From positions 176,364 through 240,363 of the IMG/VR virus record IMGVR_UViG_3300046003_007892: DNA of 64,000 nucleotides, one strand, 5' to 3'. The position numbers and the translations under genes are program-made. This document shows, piece by piece, positions 29,229 to 38,031 of the stretch. A model generated the notes under the pieces. That model saw only the letters and a list, made by a program, of their open reading frames with translations. It had not been told where the DNA came from and did no database searches. Position 1 is the stretch's first letter, and the number at the start of each line of letters is the position of its first letter.

Positions 29229-29560
29229 CTGATCGTCGCGGTTTCCAGGCCGGGCTTAATCTCCATCTCGATCACCGCTGCATCTCTGTACGATGCCGAT
29301 GCGCGAACGCGGATGTTGTCCGCAATATCGGCGAACGCCTGTATTTGCTGGAGGGATACCGCCTCATAGAAGGTGATCTCGGCTTCGCGGCTGCCGTGGT
29401 CGTAATGGACCGGGTGGGCTGTTTCGATGAGGTCGATCTGCATCTTGGCGCAAACTCCCTTCAGCATGGAGATGATCTTCATCTCAGCCTCCGCGCTGGC
29501 ATCCTCTGCCGAGAAGTCGAGTTCAGATTCAGCGAGCAGGAAAGAGATGTAATCGGTCAT
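29225..29560 (-). CDS. Hypothetical protein with LxE leader
   Basis: MTDYISFLLAE, directly after TAAATA. Confidence 0.65.
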   Translation of the reverse strand: MTDYISFLLAESELDFSAEDASAEAEMKIISMLKGVCAKMQIDLIETAHPVHYDHGSREAEITFYEAVSLQQIQAFADIADNIRVRASASYRDAAVIEMEIKPGLETATIS

Positions 29561-29564
29561 CCGG

Positions 29565-29570
29565 TATTTA
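29565..29570 (-). promoter_or_regulatory. Putative late promoter TAAATA
   Basis: 4 nt before ATG 29560. Confidence 0.6.
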
Positions 29571-29605
29571 TCGACACTGCCTCTGGGTCCAGATATCCTT
29601 TCCGG

Positions 29606-30265
29606 GTGTATGATGTCTTCTTCCTCTCCTACGATGAATCCTATGCGACCGCGCACTGGAACAACCTGAAGGGCAAGCACCTACTGGCCCGGCACGTCTC
29701 GGGCATCTGTGGCATCCATGCTGCTCACCGACATTGCGCTGACATTTCGCGCACGAGCCATTTCTTCGTCGTCGATTCCGACAACGAGGTCACTGACCCC
29801 TCAGTGTTCCGCATCAAGCTCCCGGTCTGGGACCGCGACTACGTTCATCTCTGGAACGCCCGCAACCCCGTCAACGGACTCGTCTATGGGTGGGGTGGCA
29901 TCAAGCTTTTCCCCAAGGCCGTATTCGACGACATGACCGACCGGCTGGACATGACAACTTCCTTCCCCCTCAAGCTCATGGACCACACCGCGTCCATCAC
30001 GCACTTCAACGCCACTCCCGAAGCGACGTGGCGGTCGGCCTTCAGGGAATGCGTCAAGCTCAGCCAGAGCCAAGAGTCCGACGCTCAGGTCCGCATGGAG
30101 GTCTGGTGCACCACCGCCAAGGGGGTCTTTGCTGAACACTGCCTGCGAGGCGCACAGGAGGGCCGTGACTACGGTCTAGCCAATATGGGGGACCAGGATG
30201 CCCTGATGCGAATAAACGACTACAGGTGGCTTACAGAGCGTTTTGTGGATAGCCGGTTCATATAG
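29606..30265 (+). CDS. Glycosyltransferase-like protein (GT-A, DxD)
   Basis: YDVFFLSYDE, V.GI.GIH.AH, FFVVDSDN, LVYGWGGIKLFP, AFRECVKL; GTG start inferred. Confidence 0.6.
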   Translation: MYDVFFLSYDESYATAHWNNLKGKHLLARHVSGICGIHAAHRHCADISRTSHFFVVDSDNEVTDPSVFRIKLPVWDRDYVHLWNARNPVNGLVYGWGGIKLFPKAVFDDMTDRLDMTTSFPLKLMDHTASITHFNATPEATWRSAFRECVKLSQSQESDAQVRMEVWCTTAKGVFAEHCLRGAQEGRDYGLANMGDQDALMRINDYRWLTERFVDSRFI

Positions 30266-30818
30266 CCATCCGGCGCCGCTCGACGAGTTCGCGCATGATC
30301 TGCTTCAGGATGGGTTCGTCGGGTGCCTCTTCCTCGTGCCGCATGACGTGGTCGAACATCTGCGACATCTGTTCATAGGAGGCCCGGTGCTGTTTCAACT
30401 CCGAATCTACCCACGCCCACTCTTCGGTCGAGACCGGCTCCGTGAGACAATGCAGGTAGATGAGAGCGTCCAGATAGGCGGCGATCAGGGCTCGGGCTGG
30501 TTGGTCCTTCGGTGCCGACCCGGTGGTCTTGCTGGCCCACGACGCCGGGTCCGTGATCGCATTCTTGGGCGGTTCCGAGGGGAGCATGATCGCTGCCGAA
30601 CATGACCCTTCGCCGGGGGTATGCGAGGTGCTGAAACCCCAGTCGGGATGGCGGGTGCCGATCATCGTCATGGCGGCGTTGAGGTCAGTGATGAGGTTCT
30701 TCCCGTCGAACCAGTCATCGACCAAGACTCCGGCTTCCTCGACCGTCAACGAGTCCGCTTTCCGCCGCCCACCCAAGACTTGTGCGACGACACCAATGCT
30801 CTGAATATCAGGAGCCAT
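30258..30818 (-). CDS. Hypothetical protein
   Basis: Start MAPDIQ; the ORF-track 5' extension is the shadow of neighbouring genes. Confidence 0.55.
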   Translation of the reverse strand: MAPDIQSIGVVAQVLGGRRKADSLTVEEAGVLVDDWFDGKNLITDLNAAMTMIGTRHPDWGFSTSHTPGEGSCSAAIMLPSEPPKNAITDPASWASKTTGSAPKDQPARALIAAYLDALIYLHCLTEPVSTEEWAWVDSELKQHRASYEQMSQMFDHVMRHEEEAPDEPILKQIMRELVERRRMAI

Positions 30819-31116
30819 GTTCGTACTCTGCGATTGCGGCCAGGGCCTGCTCCATGACATCGCGAAGGGCGGCAGCCAGACTGGAAGGTTGCGGGAGGTC
30901 TGCGTGGAAACCACTGTCGAATGGGTCTCGCGGATTCTCGATGTAGTGAATGTGTGGGCTCTCGACAGTGGGTGCGCACGAGGCGTCGCATGACACCTGA
31001 CATTCGCAAACTGAATACCACCAACCCGGAAGTTTGGACTTGAACTCCGCGATAGTGGCTTCGAGGTCAGTCGGCGGTGCCGTCTTCCACTGGAACGAGT
31101 TTTTCTGGGTGACCAT
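30808..31116 (-). CDS. Hypothetical protein
   Basis: Overlapping junctions. Confidence 0.55.
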   Translation of the reverse strand: MVTQKNSFQWKTAPPTDLEATIAEFKSKLPGWWYSVCECQVSCDASCAPTVESPHIHYIENPRDPFDSGFHADLPQPSSLAAALRDVMEQALAAIAEYEHGS

Positions 31117-31615
31117 GTGGAAGAAAATACCTGAGATTGAGTTTCTTGGAAAGGCCCTTCATGGCCTCGATGGCATCGCCCACATCTTCGTAGATTTCTG
31201 GCAGACAGGTCCCCCATGTGAACTCATCCTCGTGAGCATACCAGGGAACACGGCACAGGCTCAGAGTATCGAGGTCGGGAGCGTGAGTTTTCTTTTTCTT
31301 GTTCTTGCTAACGAACCGTTTAATCCGATTGATGCGATAGCCGGTTGGTGCACAGCGGGCTTGGTCGCGAAGGTGGAAACTACAGGTGAACCATGAGCGG
31401 TGTTTGTCGATATCGTTGGCGTTGTCGAAAACAGTGACGCGTCCTTCACTGAACTGCCAGACATGGTTGGCATAGTTGGACAGGAAGGAGTGCGAGGAAT
31501 ACAACTCCCGCAGGACGGTTTCGATGTAGTGCTCGCCCGGCATGATCTCGACCGGGCGCCAACCTGCGTGGTTGCGCCAGATCACGTGCGTGGGGTTCGG
31601 GTGGCTCATCCGCAT
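31067..31615 (-). CDS. Hypothetical protein
   Basis: Starts immediately after glycosyltransferase stop. Confidence 0.55.
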   Translation of the reverse strand: MRMSHPNPTHVIWRNHAGWRPVEIMPGEHYIETVLRELYSSHSFLSNYANHVWQFSEGRVTVFDNANDIDKHRSWFTCSFHLRDQARCAPTGYRINRIKRFVSKNKKKKTHAPDLDTLSLCRVPWYAHEDEFTWGTCLPEIYEDVGDAIEAMKGLSKKLNLRYFLPHGHPEKLVPVEDGTAD

Positions 31616-31616
31616 C

Positions 31617-32438
31617 TTATTGCGCAGAAGGGGTGCTGCTGTCTACCGCTCGGAGCTTATCGGACATCGCCAAGAGGCTACTCTTGAGGTCGCCTTCAAA
31701 TATATGAGACCCATGATGGGACAGCTTGGATTCGACATCGACGAACACCTTGCCACCTATGTTCTGCCAGCGACGGCAGAAAGCATAGTCCTCGCTGAGA
31801 TAGCGGCCACTCTCCTCGGTCATGACGTCAAAGAATCGATAATGGTAGTCGGCCGTTTCGCGGTCTTTCTCGGCCACGCCCAGCATGGCATCCGGGACGT
31901 ATCGGAGGCCGGGGTAGTTGCGCGCCATCCGCTCCAAGGCTTCTCGCTTGATGCACATCAGGCCCGTGGGGGCATCGTGAACTTCCATGAAGCCATACTC
32001 GGTGATTGTGCTGTCGCCACCCGCAACGGGGTTGAAAGGGTAGCGGGTCTGGTGGGCACGGAACTCATCTTCGGTCATTCCCTGCGGTAGACCTTCCTCG
32101 GGCCAGACGATTTTCTTGAGCGGGTAGACGCCCGCGACGACGTCGATATCGATCATGAGCAGACGATAGATGGACATCGGGGAGAAACCGATATCCGCGT
32201 CAATCCACAGCAAGTGCGTGAATTCTTTGCTGGCTAGAAACTCGGCCACAATGGAGTTTCGGGTCCTGGGGATAAGGCTGTCCCCACCCCTCACGATGAA
32301 CGAAATGTTGAGCCCGCGCTTGTTCGCGTCTCCCAGCAGGGTGATCACGCTCAAGAGATAGTTCTGGAACACCTGACCACCGTAACAAGGGGTGGCAATA
32401 CAAACGTGGATGTTCTTGAAGTCTTCAGTCGTAAGCAT
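31617..32438 (-). CDS. Glycosyltransferase family 2-like protein
   Basis: CIATPCYGG, DSLIPRTRN, THLLWIDADIGF, VAGVYPLK, TGLMCIKR, YLSEDYAFC.RW, LSHHG. Confidence 0.75.
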   Translation of the reverse strand: MLTTEDFKNIHVCIATPCYGGQVFQNYLLSVITLLGDANKRGLNISFIVRGGDSLIPRTRNSIVAEFLASKEFTHLLWIDADIGFSPMSIYRLLMIDIDVVAGVYPLKKIVWPEEGLPQGMTEDEFRAHQTRYPFNPVAGGDSTITEYGFMEVHDAPTGLMCIKREALERMARNYPGLRYVPDAMLGVAEKDRETADYHYRFFDVMTEESGRYLSEDYAFCRRWQNIGGKVFVDVESKLSHHGSHIFEGDLKSSLLAMSDKLRAVDSSTPSAQ

Positions 32439-32488
32439 GACTGATGATAGACCGACCGCCACTGAAATGCGAAAATAAAACTATTTGC

Positions 32489-32516
32489 TTGACAAACTCC
32501 ACGGACCCGTTATCTA
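32489..32516 (+). promoter_or_regulatory. Sigma70-type promoter for tRNA-like RNA
   Basis: TTGACA-N16-TATCTA; predicted +1 near G32524. Confidence 0.55.
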
Positions 32517-32523
32517 GGTCGAT

Positions 32524-32682
32524 GGGAGTGTAGCTCAACTCGTAGAGCACCTGTCCCCGACGTCTAGTGTGGGAGCCGTGAAAATCGGCGGCTAGCGACC
32601 CGACAATAACCAGCGAAGGCCAAGCTGGCGACGATAGGCGAGGAGGGCAGGAGGATTCTGGTTTAACGCCCAGACGCACCCA
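32524..32682 (+). ncRNA. tRNA-like RNA with ~88-nt insert replacing the anticodon loop
   Basis: Acceptor GGGAGTG/CGCACCC-A, D arm GCTC-N8-GAGC, stem CCTGTCC/GGGCAGG, variable loop AGGAT, T arm TCTGG-TTTAACGC-CCAGA; no encoded CCA; no readable anticodon. Confidence 0.65.
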
Positions 32683-32790
32683 GGAATTTCATCCGAAAGG
32701 ATTGTCCCCGAGCCGATCAAAGGGTGCACCTAATCGTGCTCGGGGGAAGCCGGTGAGAGCTTCGGCGGGCGAACCCGTACCCCTATATAG

Positions 32791-33843
32791 CTAGAGGACG
32801 ACGAACTGTCCAATAGTATGATCGACCATATACTTGAAGATCGAGTTGATGTTTTCCTCGGCGCGTTCAAGTTCGATTTCCATCTTGTGGGTCTGGTTCT
32901 CAGGGCCGGAATATTGAAGCTCTGCATTCCACGCCTTATACATCTTCATCGCCTTCTCTGAGGTCTTCGGAGCCCCCGGAAGACCGCGTGCAGCGCGGAC
33001 CATGTTCAGGGCCTCGTCTTTGAGCCAGTTGTCCGGTATGGGGTGGTGATAGCCCTGAATGGGTCTCCGCATAGCCTTGAAGAGGGCAAGTTCGTCGCCT
33101 TCAAGCTTTCGTCTCGTGACGGTGCCGTCGATCTCGAAGCGGTTGAACCACACCCGCCCGGCGACCAGATACTGGGCAAAGAGTTCGACGCAATACTCGC
33201 CCGTGTCGCGAATATTCCCCGTGCGGGCAGTGCGGAACGGGGAAATCAATTTGGCTACGGCATTTAGGCGTTCGGTTGCAGACGGGAACGAGCGGGGTTC
33301 GCGCTTGATGAGACCGGCCTGTTCGAAGACGCGCTCCATCGTGTTGATCAAGCTCTGCATGATCTGGGAGGCGGCGTTGCCCTGGCCGATCAGGATACGG
33401 TTCTCCGTTCGCTCGTTGGTTTCCAGAAAGCAGTGACCGATGCGGTGAGCAACAATCCAGGGCGTCAGGCCGACGCGGTCGGTTCCTTCATTCTGCATCA
33501 GGATGACGTTCAAGCGGCCCTGGTAGCCCTCTGGTAGACCTCCGAGAACCTTGTCCGCCCAACCCGGCGCATGCAAGCCCACGTAATCGCGAGCGCGGTC
33601 GAGCTTGATCTCGCTCTTGTGCCCGCCCGGCAGGTTGAAATCTACGCGGCGTTCGGCCGGGCCGTTGACAAAGTAGAGACCAATTTCGTGTTCGGTTTTG
33701 GAGAAAATTTTCTTCACCCGTTCATTCCAGACAGGGTGACGCATCTTCTTCAGGTCTTCGTCACGGAAGCTACCCGCCGTTTCGAGATCGCCCCGATAGC
33801 CCATATCGGCTATCGGAGCTTCCTTGAGGTCTCTGAATCGCAT
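32791..33843 (-). CDS. Putative virion-internal protein, zincin-like HRxGH motif
   Basis: Leader MRFRDLKE; LTPWIVAHRIGHCF...VELFAQY. Confidence 0.65.
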   Translation of the reverse strand: MRFRDLKEAPIADMGYRGDLETAGSFRDEDLKKMRHPVWNERVKKIFSKTEHEIGLYFVNGPAERRVDFNLPGGHKSEIKLDRARDYVGLHAPGWADKVLGGLPEGYQGRLNVILMQNEGTDRVGLTPWIVAHRIGHCFLETNERTENRILIGQGNAASQIMQSLINTMERVFEQAGLIKREPRSFPSATERLNAVAKLISPFRTARTGNIRDTGEYCVELFAQYLVAGRVWFNRFEIDGTVTRRKLEGDELALFKAMRRPIQGYHHPIPDNWLKDEALNMVRAARGLPGAPKTSEKAMKMYKAWNAELQYSGPENQTHKMEIELERAEENINSIFKYMVDHTIGQFVVL

Positions 33844-33844
33844 C

Positions 33845-36800
33845 TTAGCTCCTCTGGACCGAGATTTCGATCACGCCGGTTTCGCCGTCGAAGTTCTCCA
33901 GAGCCTTGCCGATGATCGTGCCCAGCATGGGGTGCAGGGACGTTTCGGCGTGACCCGCGAGGTCCGAGGTGGTGAGGAGGTCGCCCTTGCGGACGGGTCC
34001 CTTGACCTTGCAGGGAACTCGGCCGACGAGAGCCACGTAGGGGTGAGTTTCATCACTGCCCGCGTCCGAGTTCATCATGTAGGCCGGAGCCGTTGAGATG
34101 ACGCCAGCCGAGCGGGTATCGTCGAGACGAAGGCACTGCGTGATTTCTTTGTTGCCGCCGAAGACCATGACGGTGCCGGGCTCATAGATGGCGTCGGCCT
34201 CGTAGCGTTCCGCGACGTCGGCGTATCGTGCCGAGGTGGCCGTACCGGTGAAAACACCAGCGGTGAGGTTGCCAGAGGAATCCCGCTGAGCAATCGTCGA
34301 GGCCGTCGCCGCAGTCGAAGGCGCGGCACCACGGAGAACGTCAGCATCAAGACCAGAACCCGAGCCATCGTTGCCACTGTGCCACAGAATCGAGGTTGAA
34401 CCGTTGGCACAGGCCAGAAGATCAAGTTGGATTCCCTTATTGTTGGTGCCATCATTGTGGTAGATGATGAGCGAGTTCTGACTTGTGGCGAACTGGATGT
34501 TGTGCGTCAGCGAAGTTCCCGATGAGGGCTTCTGCATCTGGAACGAACCAGAACTGAATAGGCCATTGTTGTTACTGACGGGAGTATATCCGAGACGGCT
34601 GGTGATGTCGGTGTAGTAGGTGGAATTGAAACCGTCGAGAAGGTCAGCGTCCAGACCAGACCCGGCGCCATCGGAAACTCCGAAGTTGAGGACGCCCGCG
34701 CCGACGCCACCATCCGTGTAGGTGGCGGTCATCTTCGTCTTGGTTCCGTTGGTCACCATGGTGCCGACGATGTCCTGGATGATTTCCTGGAGGCCTGTGT
34801 TGGTCGAGTCTAGACCGATGGTGATGGCTGCGGATTCCGTGCCGGAACCCGAGACCGTGACGCCGTTGGTGCCGGTTGCCGTGGCGAGGTAGTTGCCCGT
34901 GGTGTGGGTGCCGAGCGTGACCGCGTCTGCGGCCAGTGTGGTCGCGATGGAGCCGTTAGCCAGATTGGTGATCGTGGTCGTGCCGGTGACGGCACCCGTG
35001 AGGGTGACCGAGAAATCATTGACGTCCAGCGTGATCTTGGCCAGAGCGTCGTCATAGACGGCGGTGATGCCAGAATGGGTCGCTCGCGAGAACAAACCAG
35101 CCACGAGGTCTTCCACGCCTTCAACGAAAGTCGAAGCCGTCATGTCGAGACGAACAGTTGCCGCAGCACTTTCACCGGCACCGGTAACCACGATGCCGTT
35201 GGGGGTTGCGCCCGCAACGATGGTTGCCACGTAGTCACCTGCGGTATGGGTGCCGAGCGTGAGGGCGTTTGCGGCAGGAACCGTCGTGATCGTGATCGCC
35301 CCACCGTTGACGATGGTGGCAGTACCGGTGACCGCGCCAGCGAGAGTGACGGCTGTGTCGGGCGTTTGGAAGTTGAGCTTGCCGACGCCGACCGTGGCGT
35401 CATCAAAATACGTGACCGTGACGCCATTGGCAGTGTTGCCGGTGACCATGGTTCCGACGATGTCTTGAATGATCTCGCGGAACGCCGTGTTGGTGCTGTC
35501 GATGGTAATCGACGCGTCTGCGGATTCTACGCCCGCTCCGGTTACAACGAGACCGTTCGAACCCGTAAGGTTCATCAGATAGTTGCCCGTGGTGTGCGTG
35601 CCCAGAGTGACGCCGTTAGCTGCTAGGTTCGTGGCTATCACCGCGCTCGTGAGATTATTAACCCACGCAGTTCCGGTAACGGCTCCAATAAGAGTGATTT
35701 CGAACTCGTTAGCGTCCAGCGTGATCTTGGCCAGAGTGTCATCATAGACGGCGGTGATGCCGGAGTGGGTAGCGCGCGAGAACAGACCGGCGACGATGTC
35801 TTCGACGCCTTCGACAAAAGTAGCTGCGGCGAGGTCGAGGGCGACGGTCGGTGTCGAACCTTCGGCGGCCGACCCGACGACGACAATACCGTTCGCAACG
35901 GTCGCCGCCGTGACGGATGCGACGTAGTTGCCGATGGTGTTCGCGCCGAGCGTGATTGAGTTCGCCACGGTGGTGATCGAAATCGACGCACCGTTTGCGA
36001 TAGTGGCCGAGCCCGATACCGCACCAACGAGAGTGACGGTGGTGTTCGGAGTCTGGAAGTTGAGCTTACCGCCACCCAAACCGACATCATCGAAATAAGA
36101 AACCGTGATGCCGTTCTGCGTGTTACCGGTCACCATCGTGCCGACGATATCCTGGATGGCTTCCCTAAACGCCGTGTTGGTGTCGTCGAGGGAGACGGTG
36201 ATGGCCGCACTCTCGGAGCCCGAGCCAGTGACCGAGATAGCTCCCGACCCAGCGATAGTGGCGACGTAGTTACCCGCCGTGTGTGTGCCGAGAGTAACCG
36301 CGTTGGCGGCCAGCGTGGTCGCAATGGAAGTGTTTCCAAGATTGGTTACTGTGGCAGTACCGGTGATGGGACCGGTCAGGGTCATCGAGAAATCATTGAC
36401 GTCGAGCGTCATCTTTCCGAGCGTGTCGTCGTAGACCGCCGTGAGGCCGGAGTGGGTCGTCGTGAACAACGTCGCGGCGATATCCTGAATACCTTCGACG
36501 AAGGTTGCTGCACCCAAGTTGAGGCTGACGATGGCGTCGGCTCCAGTCGCGGTGCCTCCGGTGACCACGATACCGTTGGCGGTCGAGTCTGTGGCGACCG
36601 TGCGGACGTAGTTGCCGGTGACGGTTGAGTTGCCGAAGTCGATATTCGAGGTCGTGGTGATAGTCAGAGTCGAGCCCAGCGTCAGCACGCCATTACCGGA
36701 GACGGCTCCGTTCAATACGAGGTTCGTGGTCGGCACTGCGAAGTTTAGCTTACCCAGCCCACCCGCGACATCATCGAAATAAGAAACCGTGATGCCGGTC

Positions 36801-38017
36801 TCGGTGTTGCCGGTGACCATTCCGCCGACGATGTCCTGAATGGCTTCGACGAACGAGGTGTCAGTGGTGTTGAGGCCGACCGTGATGTCCGCGCTCTCCG
36901 AGGTGCCACCCGACACCGTGATGCCGTTCGAGCTTCCCGCGACCGTGCGCACGTATGCACCCGATGTATCTGTGCCGAGCACGATTGCGTTGGGAGTCAC
37001 GGTCGTGTTGATCGTGACGTTGCTTAGGCCGACTACGCTAGCCGTGCCCTGGACCGCGCCCGCCAAAGTGACGGAGAAATCGTTGGTAGTGAAGTTGAGC
37101 TTACCGGTGCCCTCGGTGGCGTCGTTATAGACGACAGAAATACCAGTCTCGGTGTTGCCGGTGACCATTCCGCCGACGATGTCCTGGATTTCTTCAGCCG
37201 TGTAGGCTTTCTCGACGGTGACCTTCAGATTTGAGGTAGAGCCATCGGTTTCGACAAGAACACCAGAACCAACGAAGTTGATCTGCGTAATTGAGTTGGC
37301 GAGGCCGACCGTGATGCCTTCGTCCTTGACTGTCATGCGACCGAACGCGCTCGACGGGAAGTTTTCGAACTGCGACGTGGCCGAGTTGTAGATGAGAACG
37401 TCGCCATTCAGAAGTGTGCTGGTGGTGACGTCTGTCAGGTCTGCTAGGCCCGCGCTCAGCGTAAGGGTGACGTTGCTAGACAGTGCACCACCGCCGCTGA
37501 GACCAGCACCAGCAATTACGGTACGCGAGGTCGGCACGGCTCCGATTGCAGTTGTGGTCGGAAGAGCGTGGACGTGATCAGCGCGCGAAACCGAGTTAGA
37601 AACACCGATTGCGGCTGCGCCGAGATTTGCAGGAGCGGAGCCGCCGTATACGACGCCCACCGTTAGCGCGCCACCCGCTCCACCATCGCTGAGGACGACG
37701 CCTGCGGCGGCCTGTAGACGACGTTCGTTCGGGAGGGCGGCTTCTGCCGAGACGACCAAGTAGGTGGCGTTGGGGTCCGCACCAGAAACAGTGCCGCCGC
37801 CTCCGCCGCTGATGCCTGCCGACGTTGCTTTTGCAGCGAAGGTTTCGTTGGTGATGTTGCCTAGGTCAACACGGGCTGCCTCGAATCCGTTCGCAGTGAT
37901 ACCGTCGTGGATATGAAGAGACTTGTTGGTCGTATTGACAGTAATTTCAGCCTGCGCACCGACGAAGGTCGAGTGTTGTGACGCTGTGCCTTTACGAAGT
38001 TTTAGCTCTTTAGCCAT
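33845..38017 (-). CDS. Long tail fibre/appendage with ~115-aa repeats and C-terminal intramolecular chaperone (peptidase G2-like)
   Basis: N-term LKLRKGT...EITVNT..KSLHIHDG, Thr/Gly/Val-rich repeats, GSGLDAD.L.G motifs, C-term YADVAERY...GTV..FGG...VALVGRVPCKV.G...KGDLL...GTIIGKALE. Confidence 0.85.
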   Translation of the reverse strand: MAKELKLRKGTASQHSTFVGAQAEITVNTTNKSLHIHDGITANGFEAARVDLGNITNETFAAKATSAGISGGGGGTVSGADPNATYLVVSAEAALPNERRLQAAAGVVLSDGGAGGALTVGVVYGGSAPANLGAAAIGVSNSVSRADHVHALPTTTAIGAVPTSRTVIAGAGLSGGGALSSNVTLTLSAGLADLTDVTTSTLLNGDVLIYNSATSQFENFPSSAFGRMTVKDEGITVGLANSITQINFVGSGVLVETDGSTSNLKVTVEKAYTAEEIQDIVGGMVTGNTETGISVVYNDATEGTGKLNFTTNDFSVTLAGAVQGTASVVGLSNVTINTTVTPNAIVLGTDTSGAYVRTVAGSSNGITVSGGTSESADITVGLNTTDTSFVEAIQDIVGGMVTGNTETGITVSYFDDVAGGLGKLNFAVPTTNLVLNGAVSGNGVLTLGSTLTITTTSNIDFGNSTVTGNYVRTVATDSTANGIVVTGGTATGADAIVSLNLGAATFVEGIQDIAATLFTTTHSGLTAVYDDTLGKMTLDVNDFSMTLTGPITGTATVTNLGNTSIATTLAANAVTLGTHTAGNYVATIAGSGAISVTGSGSESAAITVSLDDTNTAFREAIQDIVGTMVTGNTQNGITVSYFDDVGLGGGKLNFQTPNTTVTLVGAVSGSATIANGASISITTVANSITLGANTIGNYVASVTAATVANGIVVVGSAAEGSTPTVALDLAAATFVEGVEDIVAGLFSRATHSGITAVYDDTLAKITLDANEFEITLIGAVTGTAWVNNLTSAVIATNLAANGVTLGTHTTGNYLMNLTGSNGLVVTGAGVESADASITIDSTNTAFREIIQDIVGTMVTGNTANGVTVTYFDDATVGVGKLNFQTPDTAVTLAGAVTGTATIVNGGAITITTVPAANALTLGTHTAGDYVATIVAGATPNGIVVTGAGESAAATVRLDMTASTFVEGVEDLVAGLFSRATHSGITAVYDDALAKITLDVNDFSVTLTGAVTGTTTITNLANGSIATTLAADAVTLGTHTTGNYLATATGTNGVTVSGSGTESAAITIGLDSTNTGLQEIIQDIVGTMVTNGTKTKMTATYTDGGVGAGVLNFGVSDGAGSGLDADLLDGFNSTYYTDITSRLGYTPVSNNNGLFSSGSFQMQKPSSGTSLTHNIQFATSQNSLIIYHNDGTNNKGIQLDLLACANGSTSILWHSGNDGSGSGLDADVLRGAAPSTAATASTIAQRDSSGNLTAGVFTGTATSARYADVAERYEADAIYEPGTVMVFGGNKEITQCLRLDDTRSAGVISTAPAYMMNSDAGSDETHPYVALVGRVPCKVKGPVRKGDLLTTSDLAGHAETSLHPMLGTIIGKALENFDGETGVIEISVQRS

Positions 38018-38031
38018 TTACAAAAGTATCC

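Noticed and set aside
32524-32682. Annotation as a normal tRNA or as tmRNA
   Set aside because: No 7-nt anticodon loop or U33, a degenerate T loop, no G3-U70 alanine determinant, an intact D stem, and no clear tag reading frame.
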